A DNA stretch of 63,913 nucleotides, filler included, from Octopus bimaculoides (lineage: Eukaryota), in NCBI RefSeq assembly GCF_001194135.2. It is 5 parts of 5 records of this genome, joined end to end, with 100 filler letters (N's around TTAATTAATTAA, not from the genome) between each part and the next. Parts side by side here need not be neighbours in the genome. Positions count along the whole stretch, not along the records: positions 1 to 18,096 come from NC_068981.1; 4 more parts are not named here. One strand, given 5' to 3'. Positions 1-12,494 of this stretch are shown here, piece after piece. The notes under the pieces are model-generated. The model searched no databases and had not been told where the DNA came from. It saw only the letters and a list, made by a program, of their open reading frames with translations. Position 1 is the stretch's first letter. Every line of letters starts with the position of its first letter. A program made the position numbers and the translations under genes.

Positions 1-271
1 GGGCCGAAGAGATGATAGTCCAGTGACGAGGAAGTGAAAACTGTAGTGAAGAAGTGGCTCAAAGAGCAGTCAACAGAATTTTACGGGGCAGGGATACATG
101 CTCTCATTCGAAGGTGGAACATTGCTATTGAGAGAAACGGTGACTATGTTTGAGAAGTAGGGATGTGATCCACAGAGGACCAGCTTCATTTTGATGCATG
201 ATACATGTTCCTGTGTTGGTAATTATATCTGTCCTAAACAAAATGGCATTACTTTTTGACTCACCCTCCTA
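1..271 (+). mobile_element. Mariner/Tc1 transposon 3' end (transposase C-terminus plus right terminus)
   Basis: Translates SSDEEVKTVVKKWLKEQSTEFYGAGIHALIRRWNIAIERNGDYV(fs)EK*, a typical mariner C-terminus. It ends in TIR-like TTACTTTTTGACTCACCCTCC followed by TA. Confidence 0.85.
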
Positions 272-329
272 TATATATATATATATATATATGTGTATAT
301 GTAAGGATGCCCTCACTGATAAATTTAAT

Positions 330-535
330 GAGAAGGAAGAATAACTACAGATTAGTGATTCTGCAAAGAAGGAGGCTTGGAAGTGCCACTATGAAAGGCA
401 GGGGAGAAGGGGAGCCTGCCCAGTGTGAATCCAACAGAGGGGCCAACTATTCGAATCAGCAGTAGCTTACTAGGTAAAGCAATTTTGGACCCAAATTTGG
501 ATCAAAGCTGTCTTGACATGGGAAGCCTATTGAAA
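330..535 (+). mobile_element. RTE-clade LINE fragment (APE-RT linker)
   Basis: SDSAKKEAWKCHYER and TEGPTIRISSSLLGKAI motifs, frameshifted. Confidence 0.65.
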
Positions 536-559
536 GTTTATATATGTGTGTGTGTGTGT

Positions 560-760
560 GTGTATGATAGGGTACTTAAGCTCAGGCAGGCATCATACAA
601 TCTGCCTTTCACTCTGAGAGAGAATCCCTTTGTTACCAGCAGAGGTAAGAACTTTCTGAATTTATCCCAACTTATTTGTATTCTAGCAGCTAAGCTCTCG
701 GTGCATCCACCCCTACTACTAACTTGGTCACCTAGGTAGTGGAAACCAGCAGCTACTTCT
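560..760 (-). mobile_element. RTE-clade LINE RT C-terminal fragment
   Basis: FHYLGDQVSSRGGCTESLAARIQISWDKFRKFLPLLVTKGFSLRVKGRLYDAC; homologous to 17750-17930. Confidence 0.85.
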
Positions 761-1262
761 NNNNNNNNNNNNNNNNNNNNNNNNNNNNNNNNNNNNNNNN
801 NNNNNNNNNNGTGAAGGAATCTATTTTCTGTACATTTATAGTGTTGATTGTATCTGTGCATCTTCCACACACAAAGACTATTTTCCCTGTTAACCTTCCT
901 CTGATATTCCTGCACCTCTTATGTATCCATTGCTTACACCAGGTACATCTTTTGGAATTTCTACCTATGCCTTTTTTTACATATCAAGCAGGGCCATCTA
1001 CCTGACTGGATTTGTGGTTTGTCTGCTTTCCTACTTATTAAGACTTTAGTTTTTGCTAGGTTAATTCTAAGGCCCATCGATTAGAAATAATTATCTTCTG
1101 TTAAATAATTAAATTTTATTTTAACTGTAAAATAATGTTACTTTACAGAAAAAAAAATCTCTTACAGGTTAATAAATTGATTATTACATTAATCCTATCA
1201 CTTGAAACAATTGCTTATGTAGGCTTCCACACAGTTTCCATTTACCATTATTCATGTTTCAG

Positions 1263-1410
1263 CTGAATTTGATTCTCCCTGGTGCTGTCAATCTGCCAGA
1301 TTCTCTTGATGATATTCTCCAACAGAAAGGTTCCACTGTATATTTCCTGAAAGGAATACCAATTTCTTTACTCATAGAACCAGATTTTTTGGAAGCTTTC
1401 TGCAAAAAAG
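1263..1410 (+). CDS. RPP40: RPP40 exon (first in window; 148 nt, phase 0 to 1)
   Basis: tttcag| acceptor and G|gtaaat donor. LNLILPG...YFLKGIPISLLIEPDFLEAFCKKG resembles human VSFLIP...YFVKNLPLHELITPEFISTFIKKG. Confidence 0.9.
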
Positions 1411-2409
1411 GTAAATGTACCTTTTTTATAATAATTTTCTCAAATGTTTCTATAATTTCTGGTTCTGTTCAAACGGATTGTTGTCTCATTGTCAGCATAA
1501 AAACTGACCAACTGACCATTATTACTCTTGATTGTTGCATCATTGTCAGCACAGACTGACCAGTAGATCCCAATGTGAATGACCCATAAGCCAATGGCGG
1601 ATCCTTTGCATTATTACTTAACCTACTAGAAATGGCAGCTAAATTTCCTTTAAATCACACTCTTATCTTAAAAAAAGAAGGGCACATTAATGTTTGGCAA
1701 ATGACAGGATGGTCAGGGCTAGAAACCCTTTCTCCAAAGGTCTGTTCTGCATGATCTTGACTAAACAATAGATGCCCCTGAGTGCTCATTGCCTAGTACT
1801 CACTTCTCAATGGCTCTGTTTTGTTTGGGCCACATTGTGAGTGCATACTGACCAACTGACCACATTTCCGTCCAAATGACTCCAATGGCTTCTTTTGAAC
1901 ATCAATTTTTTTGACTGGCCAACAGAGGGTTTTAATGACTTCATAACTTAACTTTTACCACTTAATTAGAATTTAAATATGATAAATAATATTTAGAGAT
2001 AGTTATAATATAGAAGTATTATTCACCTTTACCTACCCTCACTTCCTGTTCTTTTACTCCCAGGGTCTACACTGACCCCTCATGATACATGGCAAACTCA
2101 CTGTGCTGGTGCCACAAAAAAAATGCACCCAGTACACTGTAAAGTGGTTGGCATTTGGAAGGGAATCCAGCTGCAGAAACCATGTCAGAGCAGGCATTGG
2201 AGTTTGGTGTAGTGTTTGGACCGGTCAGACTCGGGCTAGGATGCAAAATGGGCATTAAATGATGGTGATGAAGAATTGTAATAGAGAAATATTTTAATAG
2301 GTATGTAATCCATTGTTTCATGGAAGATGGATGTTAAATGATGATGATGACGATGACGATGATGGTGGTGATGCAAACAAGAAAAATACAACTCAAAATA
2401 TGAGTATAT

Positions 2410-2411
2410 GT

Positions 2412-2443
<32 letters not shown>

Positions 2444-2670
2444 TGTTTAATGTCCGTTTTCCATGCTGGCATGGGTTGAACAGTTTGGCAGGAACTGACC
2501 AGCTGAAGGGCTGTTCGGGCATGGTTTCTATGACTGGATGCCTTTCCTTATGCCAACCACTTTACAGAATGTAGTGGGTGCTTTTACACAGCTGCTGACT
2601 CTCCAGACCTCAGTCAAACCGTCCAACCCATGCCAGCATGGAAAGCAGACGTTAAATGATGATGATGATT
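2410..2670. mobile_element. RTE-tailed SINE-like family with (GAT)n/(CAT)n tail (representative; further copies near 3280-3600, 4885-5470, 6930-7370, 8420-8770, 10520-10860, 13560-14090, 15645-15745, 20690-20897, 22230-22610, 24520-24760)
   Basis: Recurrent catcatcatttaacgtccgttttccatgctggcatgggtt...tttctacagctggatgcccttcctaatgccaaccact in both orientations. Confidence 0.85.
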
Positions 2671-4055
2671 TACTAAATAACAATGCAGTCTCCTTTTTGT
2701 GCATGCAGTAAATGTGGATGAGATTAATGGTGGGTGGTGGGGATAAGCCATAAGAGCCTTTAGGGGCAGTGGAGAGATTTCTGGTACTGGTGGTGGTGCA
2801 GAGGCGGAGTCATGAAGAGATTTCCAGTATAGGGGGTGGTGAGGTGGGCGGGGCAGGATTGGGTGGGTGCATCGCCAATAAGTAAAGAGGACAACTTGAT
2901 TGCATGAAATAGCAACCAAGACAGATAGAAATGAGAAGGTCAGAGAGAAAGAGACTTGACTGCCGAAGAAATCATTGCAGAATGCGGAAAGCCATGGAGT
3001 GTGACTCAGGGAGGGAATATTGTTGAAATGAAAGTGAGTGAGGAACATGAAGAAGTTGAAATTGTGAAAGTTAGTTTCAATGAAATTATTGTCAGGTTGG
3101 TAAAAACACAAAATAGATGAATGATGGTCAATCAAGGACAAGAGGAAAGTTTCTGAGGCTGGACAGGCCACGCATGGAATAGTAGCAAGAGCAGAGCAGT
3201 GTGAAAATTAAGGTGCCATATGGGCGAGAAGGGGTTTTATAAGTCAACAGCCAGAAGTGGACAAGAAAATAAGATAAGTTCATCATCATCATCATCATTT
3301 AACATCCGCTTTCCATGCTAGCATGGGTTGGACGATTTGACTGAGGACTGGCAAACCAGATGGCTACACCAGGCTCCAGTCTGATTTGGCAGAGTTTCTA
3401 CAGCTGGATGCCCTTCCTAATGCCAACCACTCCGAGAGTGTAGTGGGTGCTTTTTACGTGCCACCAGCACGAAGGCCAGTCAGGCGGTACTGGCAATGGC
3501 CATGCTCAAAATGGTGTCTTTTATGTGCCACCTGCACAGGAGCCAGTCCAGCGGCACTGGCAACGACCTCACTCGATCACATAAACTTGATCGCATAAAA
3601 TAGNNNNNNNNNNNNNNNNNNNNNNNNNNNNNNNNNNNNNNNNNNNNNNNNNNNNNNNNNNNNNNNNNNNNNNNNNNNNNNNNNNNNNNNNNNNNNNNNN
3701 NNNNNNNNNNNNNNNNNNNNNNNNNNNNNNNNNNNNNNNNNNNNNNNNNNNNNNNNNNNNNNNNNNNNNNNNNNNNNNNNNNNNNNNNNNNNNNNNNNNN
3801 NNNNNNNNNNNNNNNNNNNNNNNNNNNNNNNNNNNNNNNNNNNNNNNNNNNNNNNNNNNNNNNNNNNNNNNNNNNNNNNNNNNNNNGACTAAGTATATTT
3901 TTATTAATATTTAGCAGAAGTAACAGAGTGACTCGAGGTCTGAGAGTTTCATGCATTGGCACTTATCAGCTTTGGTAAGTGCCAACACAGGAAACTCTCT
4001 TGGACTTTGAATCACTCTGCTGCTTCTGCTAAATTTTAATAAAAATAGAAATATT

Positions 4056-4094
<39 letters not shown>

Positions 4095-4096
<2 letters not shown>

Positions 4097-4310
4097 CCTT
4101 TCTATTGAAGGCACAAGGCCTGAAATTTTTGGGGAGGGGACTAGTTGATTACATTGACCCAGTGCATAACTGGTACTTAATTTATTGACCCTGAAAGGAT
4201 GAAAGGCTAAGTCGACCTTGGTGGAATTTAAACTCAGAACATAGTGATGGGTGAAATACCACTAAGCATTTCGTCCAGCGTGCTAACAATTCTGCCAGCA
4301 TGCTGCTTTA
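4095..4310 (-). mobile_element. tRNA-derived SINE, family B (further copies near 18510, 29545, 49545, 50340, 50590, 53455, 58010, 58285, 62100)
   Basis: Head gctggcagaatcgttagc...gagttcaaattcc with A/B-box-like motifs, body gtcgactttgcctttcatcctttcggggtcgataaattaagtaccag, and (ATT)n tail. Confidence 0.8.
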
Positions 4311-4328
4311 ATAACTTAATAGTAATGA

Positions 4329-4373
<45 letters not shown>

Positions 4374-4382
4374 TGTTTTCAG

Positions 4383-4451
4383 GTCAGCTGTATATGATGT
4401 CCCATGGTACAAATATTGATACTCAAGACTGTATAGCATTACTGCCCCCTG
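4383..4451 (+). CDS. RPP40: RPP40 exon (69 nt, phase 1 to 1)
   Basis: ttttcag| and G|gtaagt. GQLYMMSHGTNIDTQDCIALLPPG resembles human GSCYALTYNTHIDEDNTVALLPNG. Confidence 0.93.
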
Positions 4452-4635
4452 GTAAGTTTTTACAAATCATTTAAGATTGGTGTTGTTTCTCAGCCACCTC
4501 TGTCTCATCTCATTTGTTCACCTAATATTTTTGGTCAGAGAATGAACAACACAATATTTTGTGTGTGTGTGTGTGTGTGACTATGAAGATGCTCAAAAAA
4601 ATCTGGTGGAATAGAATATGGCCCGGTTACCCCTA

Positions 4636-4885
4636 TAGTTAATCAGGTTGTTCCGGAACATCTAGTGTAGCAGCATTATAGTCAGCTGCTACAACGGCAA
4701 AGGTGATGCCTTCCACAGAAGCAATTACAGAGGAATCAAATTGCTGGACCTGGTCATGAAAATTACAGAAACAGTCGTAGGTCCAACTAATTAAGAAAAG
4801 AGTTAAGCAAACGAGATGATGTTTGGTTTTATACTTGGGAGAAACATTAGTAATGCTATCCTGATAGTAAAGCAACTGCAGAAGT
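4636..4885 (+). mobile_element. RTE LINE RT N-terminal fragment
   Basis: SIIVSCYNGKGDAFHRSNYRGIKLLDLVMKITE...EMMFGFILGRNISNAILIVKQLQK. Confidence 0.85.
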
Positions 4886-4901
4886 TATCATCATCATCAT
4901 C

Positions 4902-4935
<34 letters not shown>

Positions 4936-6149
4936 TCATCACCACCACCATCACCACCACCACCACCACTTAACATCCGTTTTCATTGCTGGCATGGGTT
5001 GGATGGTTTGACTGAGGACTGGGAAGCCAGGAGCTGCACCACGTTCTGATCTGATCTGGCAAGGTTTCTACAGCTGGATGCCCTCCCTTATGCCAACCAC
5101 TCTGAGAGTGTAGTGGCTGCTTTTTATGTGCCACTGGCATGGGCGTCATTGGCCTGACACCAGCTCTTGGCTCGACAGGTCAACACAAGCACGGTATAAT
5201 GCCAAGTGTATACTGCCTCCACGAGGCCCAACGCATGAATGGTGCTTTTTACGTGTTACTGGCACAGGTGCCCATCAGACAGTACTGGCATCGGTTACGA
5301 ATATGATTTCACTTGGCTCGACAGGTCTTCACAAGCACAGTATATCGCCCAACGATTGGAGGGCGCTTTTAATGGGCCAGTTGCGTGACACTGGCATCGG
5401 CCTCAACAATGACCTCACTTGGTTATCCAAAAGCAAACTACTGTATTTGGCATTTATCAGCATATAGGAAACCTCTCACAGGGTCCCTTACTTTCTCATC
5501 AGAGAAGACTGGGCTGGTTTGGTTAAGCAATGAGGACAGCTGCGTAAAGAAGTGCTGATTTCTAATTGGGGAGGTATAGGTAGGCCCAGGAAGATGTGGG
5601 ATGAGGTGGTGAAATATGATCTCGGATGTTGTGTCTCACAGAGTTGATAACAAGTGACCAAGACCACACACGCACGCACACACACACATGCACACACACA
5701 TGTATACAATGGGCTTCTTTTCAGTTTCTGTCCACTGAATCCACTCATAAGGATTTGGTTGCCCAGGGCTCAAAGTGCTGCACAGTGGGACTGAACCCCA
5801 AATCAGATAGTTGGGAAGCAAGCTTCTTAAGCACACAGCTATGCCTGTGCTTACCCACACTGCGTCTGTATGTCTGTCTTTTTGTCCGTCCGTCCATTTG
5901 TTTGTCCATCCATATGTCTAATGGCTTCTTTCAGTTTCCATCCACAAAATCACTTCAGAAGGCTTTGGTCAGTTTGGGGCTGTAGTAGAAGATACTTGCC
6001 CAAGGTACCACACAGTAGGACTGAACCTGAAACCATGTGGCTGGGAACTGAACTTCTTAACCTCACAGCCATGCCTGCACCTATTGTAATTATCAATTAT
6101 TTCAGCATCTTTGATTAAATAATTAATTAAATAATTTTTTTTCCTGAAG

Positions 6150-6245
6150 GCAAACTTGTGTTGAATGTAACGAAGGACACGTACGAAAGTTTGGGTCTCG
6201 ATGGGAAGAGGTCAAAGTTCATTAAACATGGACACAACAAATTTG
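6150..6245 (+). CDS. RPP40: RPP40 exon (96 nt, phase 1 to 1)
   Basis: cctgaag| and G|gtgagt. KLVLNVTKDTYESLGLDGK resembles human KLILSLDKDTYEETGLQGH. Confidence 0.95.
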
Positions 6246-7488
6246 GTGAGTTTACTTTAGCCTTCATATCCTCTCCACCCTTGACTCTCCTCCCTTTCCA
6301 CTTATCTCTGTTTTATTGTAAACTACAGTGTTACTCGTTGTATGGCAGGTAAACTGTTTTTGGAACTATACTTTTTGGCACAATGGTTAATATTAGGAAA
6401 TATGTCACACACATCATAATTATAATTTAACTTTTTATAAAATTTCTTGGTGTTTATACAAAATAATGAAATGGATTTTAATTTTCAAAAGAAAAATATT
6501 TATTGCTTTAAAATAAAACTTAAGAAAATAAATTTCTCATTTGTATAACTCCCCCCTCAACTACTCATTTACCTCCTCCTCCTTAACTATGATTCCTTCT
6601 CTCTCTCTCTCTCTGTGTAGCATTTCTCTACTCATTACCTGCCATCGAGCCTAGTATGTGCATGCCTCCTGCATCTCTCTCTATCTCTCTTTTACTCTCT
6701 TCATTTCATGTAAAGAAGTAACTGGAGAAACCAACCAAGACAACGGTACACACACACACTCACACACACACACAACACCGCCTTTATCCTCTCATTGCTC
6801 TTACACATCTAACATAACCCCTCACTCCCACATCTTTCATCTTCACACTCACCATCTCTCCTCACATTCTTATGAAACTTTCCCCTCTGTCCCCACTGAC
6901 CACTCACCCAGTTCAATCCTCTCTATCGCTTTGTCTTGTCTTGCGAGTTACTTGGCGACCCTGCTGGTGCCGGCATCACATTTGAAGCAACCAGTACACT
7001 CTGTAGGGTGGCTGGCATTATGAAGGGCATCTAGCCATAGAAACCATGCCATAACAGACAGCTGGGGCCTGGTGCAGAGCTCTGGTTTTTCCCAGCTCCT
7101 GTGAAACCGTCCAACCCATGCCAGCATGGAAAACAGACATTAAATGATGATGATGATATATATCATCATCATCATCATCATTGTTTAAGGTCCATTTTCC
7201 CGTGTTCGCTTGGTTTGGAACTGGTGAGCCAAAGGATTGTGCCTTGCTCCACTGTCTATTTTTTAGCTATGATTTCTACAGCAAGAAGCTCTTTCTCACA
7301 TCAACCACTTTACAGAGGGCACTGGGTATGCTGTAGCACCACCACAAGTGAGGTCAGCAAATACTCACAAGACAAGACTTCCTCAAGCGAACGGGGGTGG
7401 GGTGTTGAAGCGGGGTGAAGGTCAGATAGAGGGGACAGGAACAACTGTTCGAAAATTACTATTTTTAAATCTCACAACGAGAGATATT

Positions 7489-7893
7489 CAGCAACAGTAC
7501 TTTGGAGTAAAGATTGTTTGCCAACATAACATGGCAGACCTAGTTTAGGACGAATGTTGCTGTAATTTAGCCCCAGGAGACATCGTCTCCAGCTGGCTAT
7601 ACATCATGATCTGTGTCCTTATATTTTCAAACAAGGGAATCCAGCACCCCCACTCAGCTCAAAACAATATCTGTGTATCTGTGTAACCCAGAAATCACGA
7701 TACACAGATATTGTTTTCAGCTGAGGGGTCGGGGTGCTAGATACCCTTGTTCGAAGATATAAAGGACATAGATCGTGTCGTATAGCTGGATGGAGACGAT
7801 GTCTCCTGAGGTTAAATTACAGGAACATTCATCCTAAACCAGGACTGCCATGTTATGTTGGCAAACAATCTTTACTCCAAAGTACTGTTGCTG
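7489..7893. repeat. ~405-bp foldback (MITE-like palindrome) in an RPP40 intron
   Basis: cagcaacagtactttggagtaaagattgtttgccaacataacatggcag is mirrored by ctgccatgttatgttggcaaacaatctttactccaaagtactgttgctg. The arms pair inward to about 7680/7695. Confidence 0.9.
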
Positions 7894-8256
7894 TTGAAGA
7901 GGAGACACATGGCTTTTCCCAGCTAGAATGGAAGAGATGGTGAGTGCATAGCCTCATAGTACAAGGTCCATTTATGAAATAAAGACATATGTCTGTTATT
8001 TTAGCCCTTTTGATACCAACCTGGCTGAAACCACCTCTGGCTCTGAGTACAAATGTCTTGTTTTCATAAGTTTTGAATTAAACTCTTCCACCAGACCTTA
8101 GTCACAATTTATGTTCCTAACACTAGCTTAATGATAACCAAGTTATTTTACTAAAATCTTTGTTATATTTAAAATCAATTGAAAGAAACACAGAGCATCT
8201 CAACAGAAATATGGTAACGAAAGGATAATTAATCTTAGTGCAATCTTATGTTCCAG

Positions 8257-8382
8257 TGGTAACCATTCCTCTTTTGGATCCAAACTTTGTTTCTGGTAAA
8301 AAGTTCTACGAAAGAGTCAAATGGTGTTTTACAGATCGTTTGAATTTGAAGTTCAATATGTTAGCTTGTTGGATTCCTCCAG
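8257..8382 (+). CDS. RPP40: RPP40 exon (126 nt, phase 1 to 1)
   Basis: ttccag| and G|gtatgt. VVTIPLLDPNFVSGKKFYERVKWCFTDRLNLKFNMLACW resembles human KKYERISWSFKEKKPLKFDFLLAW. Confidence 0.93.
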
Positions 8383-8799
8383 GTATGTCTACCCTTCTTT
8401 CACTATATCTCTTAGAAATATCATCATCATCATCATCATCAACAATATCATTAACATCATCATTGTTTTAATGTCCACATTTCATGCCGGTAGCATGTAA
8501 AAAGCACCATTTGAGTGATCGATGCCAGTGCCGCCTGACGGCACCTGTGCTGCTAGTACATGAGCATGGTTCATGCCAGTGCCACTTGACTGGTTCCCGT
8601 GCTGGTGGTATGTAAAAAGCACCCACTACACTCTCGGAGTGGTTGGCATTAGGAAGGGCATCCAGCTGTAGAAACTCTGCCAGATCAGATTGGAGCCTGG
8701 TGCAGCCATTTGGTTCGCCAGTCCTCAGTCAAACTGTCCAAAACCCAAGCTAGCATAGAAAGTGGATGTTAAACAATAAACGATAAACGAAACAACGAT

Positions 8800-9395
8800 A
8801 TACATGCAAAATGAGAGACAGCAAAAGGTGGAGACTTTCAGATGATGAATTTATAAATATAAATATAAAGATATATCGATAGATTCCAGCTTACACAGAG
8901 TGCAGGCGACAGAGAAAATGAAAGGGGTGAAGGAAAGGTGTTATAAGTGCAACAGCTGCTTCGGGGCCTCGGAGATCCATAATAATGTTGGTAGATGTGG
9001 TTCATCACAAAATGTGGCCATACGGATGCATTTAACATAGGATGAGACAAGCCTCCATCATCAGCGTAGAAGTTCAAAGATAATTCCACCTTTGAACTTC
9101 TCTGCTTTAAGATCTGAAATGTAAGGTCTTTTCTACCCTGAAGACAGAGGCTCATCTCATCCAATCTTAATGGCATCCATACGGCTACATATTGTAACCT
9201 AAGTCTACGAACATTATTATGGATCTCTGAGCCCACAGAAGCAAAGTATTGGACTTATAACACCTTTCTTCCTTTTAATTTTCTCTGTCGTCTGCACTCT
9301 GTGTAAGCTGGAATCTATTGATACATCTTTATATTTATACTTATAAATTCCTCATCTGAAAGTCTCCACCTTTTGTTTTCTCTCAATTTGCATAT
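8800..9395. repeat. ~600-bp imperfect inverted repeat, probably an inverted Penelope pseudo-LTR pair
   Basis: 8815-8960 is the reverse complement of 9238-9385. Pairing continues to a perfect 12-bp stem (9068-9079/9090-9101). The right arm is homologous to 41790-42030 (-), which lies among Penelope fragments. Confidence 0.85.
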
Positions 9396-9951
9396 ATAAA
9401 CATATATATACATTTTGTATTTGAGGTATTTAATATATTTGATGTGTCTAATTTGCTTATCCCCATAATTGTTTATATATATATATTCGGCTAAGCCTGA
9501 CCTTTCTTTCTTGGTTCAACTACCATCCATGCAACATCTATATTCCTCCCGTTGCCTACCAAATCCTATGTCCCTGCTGTAAGGCTTCACTTCCACACAT
9601 TCTAGCTTAATTTAATTCGTCCTTAGTCGAAAGACTCCTGTTGTTAATGTCCTGTTATTTGCATTTGTATTTGTGTACCATTTCTCCGTTTTTTTTCGTC
9701 CTTGTTTTCATATACATTCGCTGCTTTCTTCCAAGGAATCTAGTGCTCTTAGCTTAGTTTTTCCTTGGGGCTGGCCAGATTGGAGCAATATCGAGAATAA
9801 CCAGCCGAAATTGCAAAGATAATCAGGAANNNNNNNNNNNNNNNNNNNNNNNNNNNNNNNNNNNNNNNNNNNNNNNNNNNNNNNNNNNNNNNNNNNNNNN
9901 NNNNNNNNNNNNNNNNNNNNNNNNNNNNNNNNNNNNNNNNNNNNNNNNNNN

Positions 9952-10003
<52 letters not shown>

Positions 10004-10068
10004 GCACAATGATGATGATGATGGCATTGTTTTGTAAACGATTTTTCATTTTGTTTTTTCTTCCCCAG

Positions 10069-10276
10069 ACGATGACATTCTCTCTTCATCTCTTGCGGAA
10101 TATTTCAAACAAAATAATTATCGGACAGTCACTGCTGGATTAAAAAAGGAGTCAAAAACTAGAACTGGTTTGAAAGTTCCAATTGTGGCCAGCAGCCAAC
10201 CACATTCAAGTATAGAATCATGTGATTTTCAAGAATTTTTTGATTGGCTGGGTTCTGTATCCTCAGATTGTCAAGA
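10069..10276 (+). CDS. RPP40: RPP40 exon (208 nt, phase 1 to 2)
   Basis: ttccccag| and GA|gtgagt. DDDILSSSLAEYFKQ...SCDFQEFFDWLGSVSSD resembles human SCRALELFDWLGAVFSN. Not present in the ORF track. Confidence 0.92.
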
Positions 10277-10544
10277 GTGAGTATCCAGAATAATTCTGTC
10301 AACATTTTCATCCGATTCTTTGTTTCCCTTCATAATCTTGGTGTCTTTCATGACTCTGGTTTCCATGGTAACAATGGTAAGGGTGTTACCATTTTAAACA
10401 GCTTTGTGGTTCCTTGATTGTCTACGTATGCTGGCAGCTGTTTCTTTAGAACTTCCTTCGACCACATCTCAGCTTGTTTATTCATTTAAATATTCACAAC
10501 TATGAATAATATTTAGTTTACTCACACATCATCACCACCATCAC

Positions 10545-10601
<57 letters not shown>

Positions 10602-11682
10602 TTAACGTCCATTTTCCCTGCTGGCATGGGTCAGATGGTTTGACAGGAGCTGGTCAGCTGAAGAGCTGCTCAGGCTCCATGTGTCTGTTGTGGCATGGTT
10701 TCTACAGCTGGATGACTTTCCTAATGCCAACCCCTTTACATAGTGGACTAGGTGCTTTTACACAACTCTGGCTTGGGTCCTTTTTAATGTTACACCAGCA
10801 CCCATAAGCCCACAAGATTAGGGATGCTCAGCTGAAGAGGGATGCAAGGGACAAACCTGTATGCAAGGACAACAGTGCTTTTGCTTTGCTTGATGTATCT
10901 TTTGAAGTACAGCAAACCACCAGAAACCTTGGTCCTCTGTCACCCCCTCTATGAATTCCAACATCCAAAGATCCTTTCTCACCACTTTGTCCCACGTCTT
11001 CCTGAGTCTTTTTTTTTATGTATCTGCATGTGTGCTTGCGTGTGCGCGTGTGATGACGTGAATCACATGATTTAAGTCACAGCTACAAGACAGCCAAGAC
11101 CACGTATACTTAGTAAAGGTGCATAACTCCAAATACGTATTTATCTCCCTTCGATCAATTTGTAAGATTTCCTCCCCCTAAATGGCACCAGTTACGACCA
11201 GTAAACGTTTGCAATATGAAATTGTCTGATATTTTATTCTCTTTCAAAATTGTTTTGTGTTGTTTATGAATGCTGAGAAAAGCTCTTTTCTGGTTTAAAC
11301 TTTCTGCTCATTCTTGAATAATCAAAGACGTTCCAACCATGCCCAACCCATCTTTTAGTCAGACACTTCATGTGGGACTACATTTTCTAATGTATCCTCA
11401 TTTCTTCCTCCTCAGATTGTAGGCATGTGATTTGAGTTGAAGACACTTGCCCAAGGTGCCATGCAGTGGGACTGAACCTGGAACCATGTGGTTGGAAAAC
11501 AAGCTTGTTAACCTCACAGCCAGGCTAATGCTTTTGTGTTTCGTGCACAATTTAATCTTTTGTTCTTTAGAGACCCTTAATACTGTTTTAAACTGAGGTC
11601 TGATGGAATCGGGTAGAAATAACAGTCAAATCATCCACAAATCACACCTTAATCCCTTAAAACATGGAAGAATGCCTTAGAT

Positions 11683-12022
11683 CATTGGTTTTCAACCATA
11701 TTTTAATCTCTGGACCCCTTTGATTACTATTTTATCCCGGTGGAATTCCCCTCCCCCAATAACCATTCAATGTTTAAAAACTGTTTTCAAAATTCCTATT
11801 TCGTTTTTTGCCCATTCCCTTCGATTAGTTTGTGATGGAACTCATCTGGAAACGTGCTTTAATTATGGAGAACAAAGAGAGAAAGAAAACCCAGCTCTTT
11901 TATGCCTCTAAAGCGGAATTTTTTCTCTCAGACCCTTAAAATGCTACCATGGACCCCTGATTTACTATTCTGTTTGCATGAACCCCCAAGAATCTTATAT
12001 GGACCCCAGTTGATAACCACTT
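11683..12022. mobile_element. hAT-like non-autonomous MITE
   Basis: Termini CATTGGTTTTCAAC...GTTGATAACCACT resemble CAGTGGTTCTCAAC. There are repeated GGACCCC subterminal motifs and degenerate 8-bp flanks ccttagat/atttaggt. Confidence 0.6.
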
Positions 12023-12175
12023 ATTTAGGTTATGTAGTTGCAAGTATCATTAAAAAGATGGGTTGGTCATGTCTGGATTGTGTTTGATGAAATTAGTTTT
12101 GTACAATCAGGGTTGACCTGGGGTTAAACAATAACAAGAAAAACCCTTTAACTTTTTTTTCTTCTTCTTTTGCAG

Positions 12176-12494
12176 CCATGTAGATGAAGACTGCCACATG
12201 TCGTTCACTCCAACCCCAAATTATACGGTGGACAGTTTGAATTATAATGTGAAAGGTTTCATTCTTCCTCAAACTATTCAAAAGATTCTCGTGGAATTAA
12301 GGACTATTGTAACCCAGTACAGCCTCAAGTGGTCAGCAATGACCATTCATGGCTTTACTGATGCACCAGTCACATGGGAGATGAGAGAACATGGATTCCA
12401 GTACAACGGAGACAATCTTTATACATATGTTGTCTTTCCTGATGATATCTACTGGCTTTACACTGCTGTTGGATCCCTTGACACATGGATTTGA
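12176..12494 (+). CDS. RPP40: RPP40 terminal coding exon (319 nt, stop TGA)
   Basis: Long polypyrimidine tract and tgcag|. KGFILPQTI...WSAMTIHGFTDAPVTWEMREHGF...NLYTYVVF...YWLYTAVG resembles human GFILPEKI...VQGFADSPVSWEKNEHGF...YWLQMAVG. The six exons sum to 966 nt in one frame. Confidence 0.96.
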
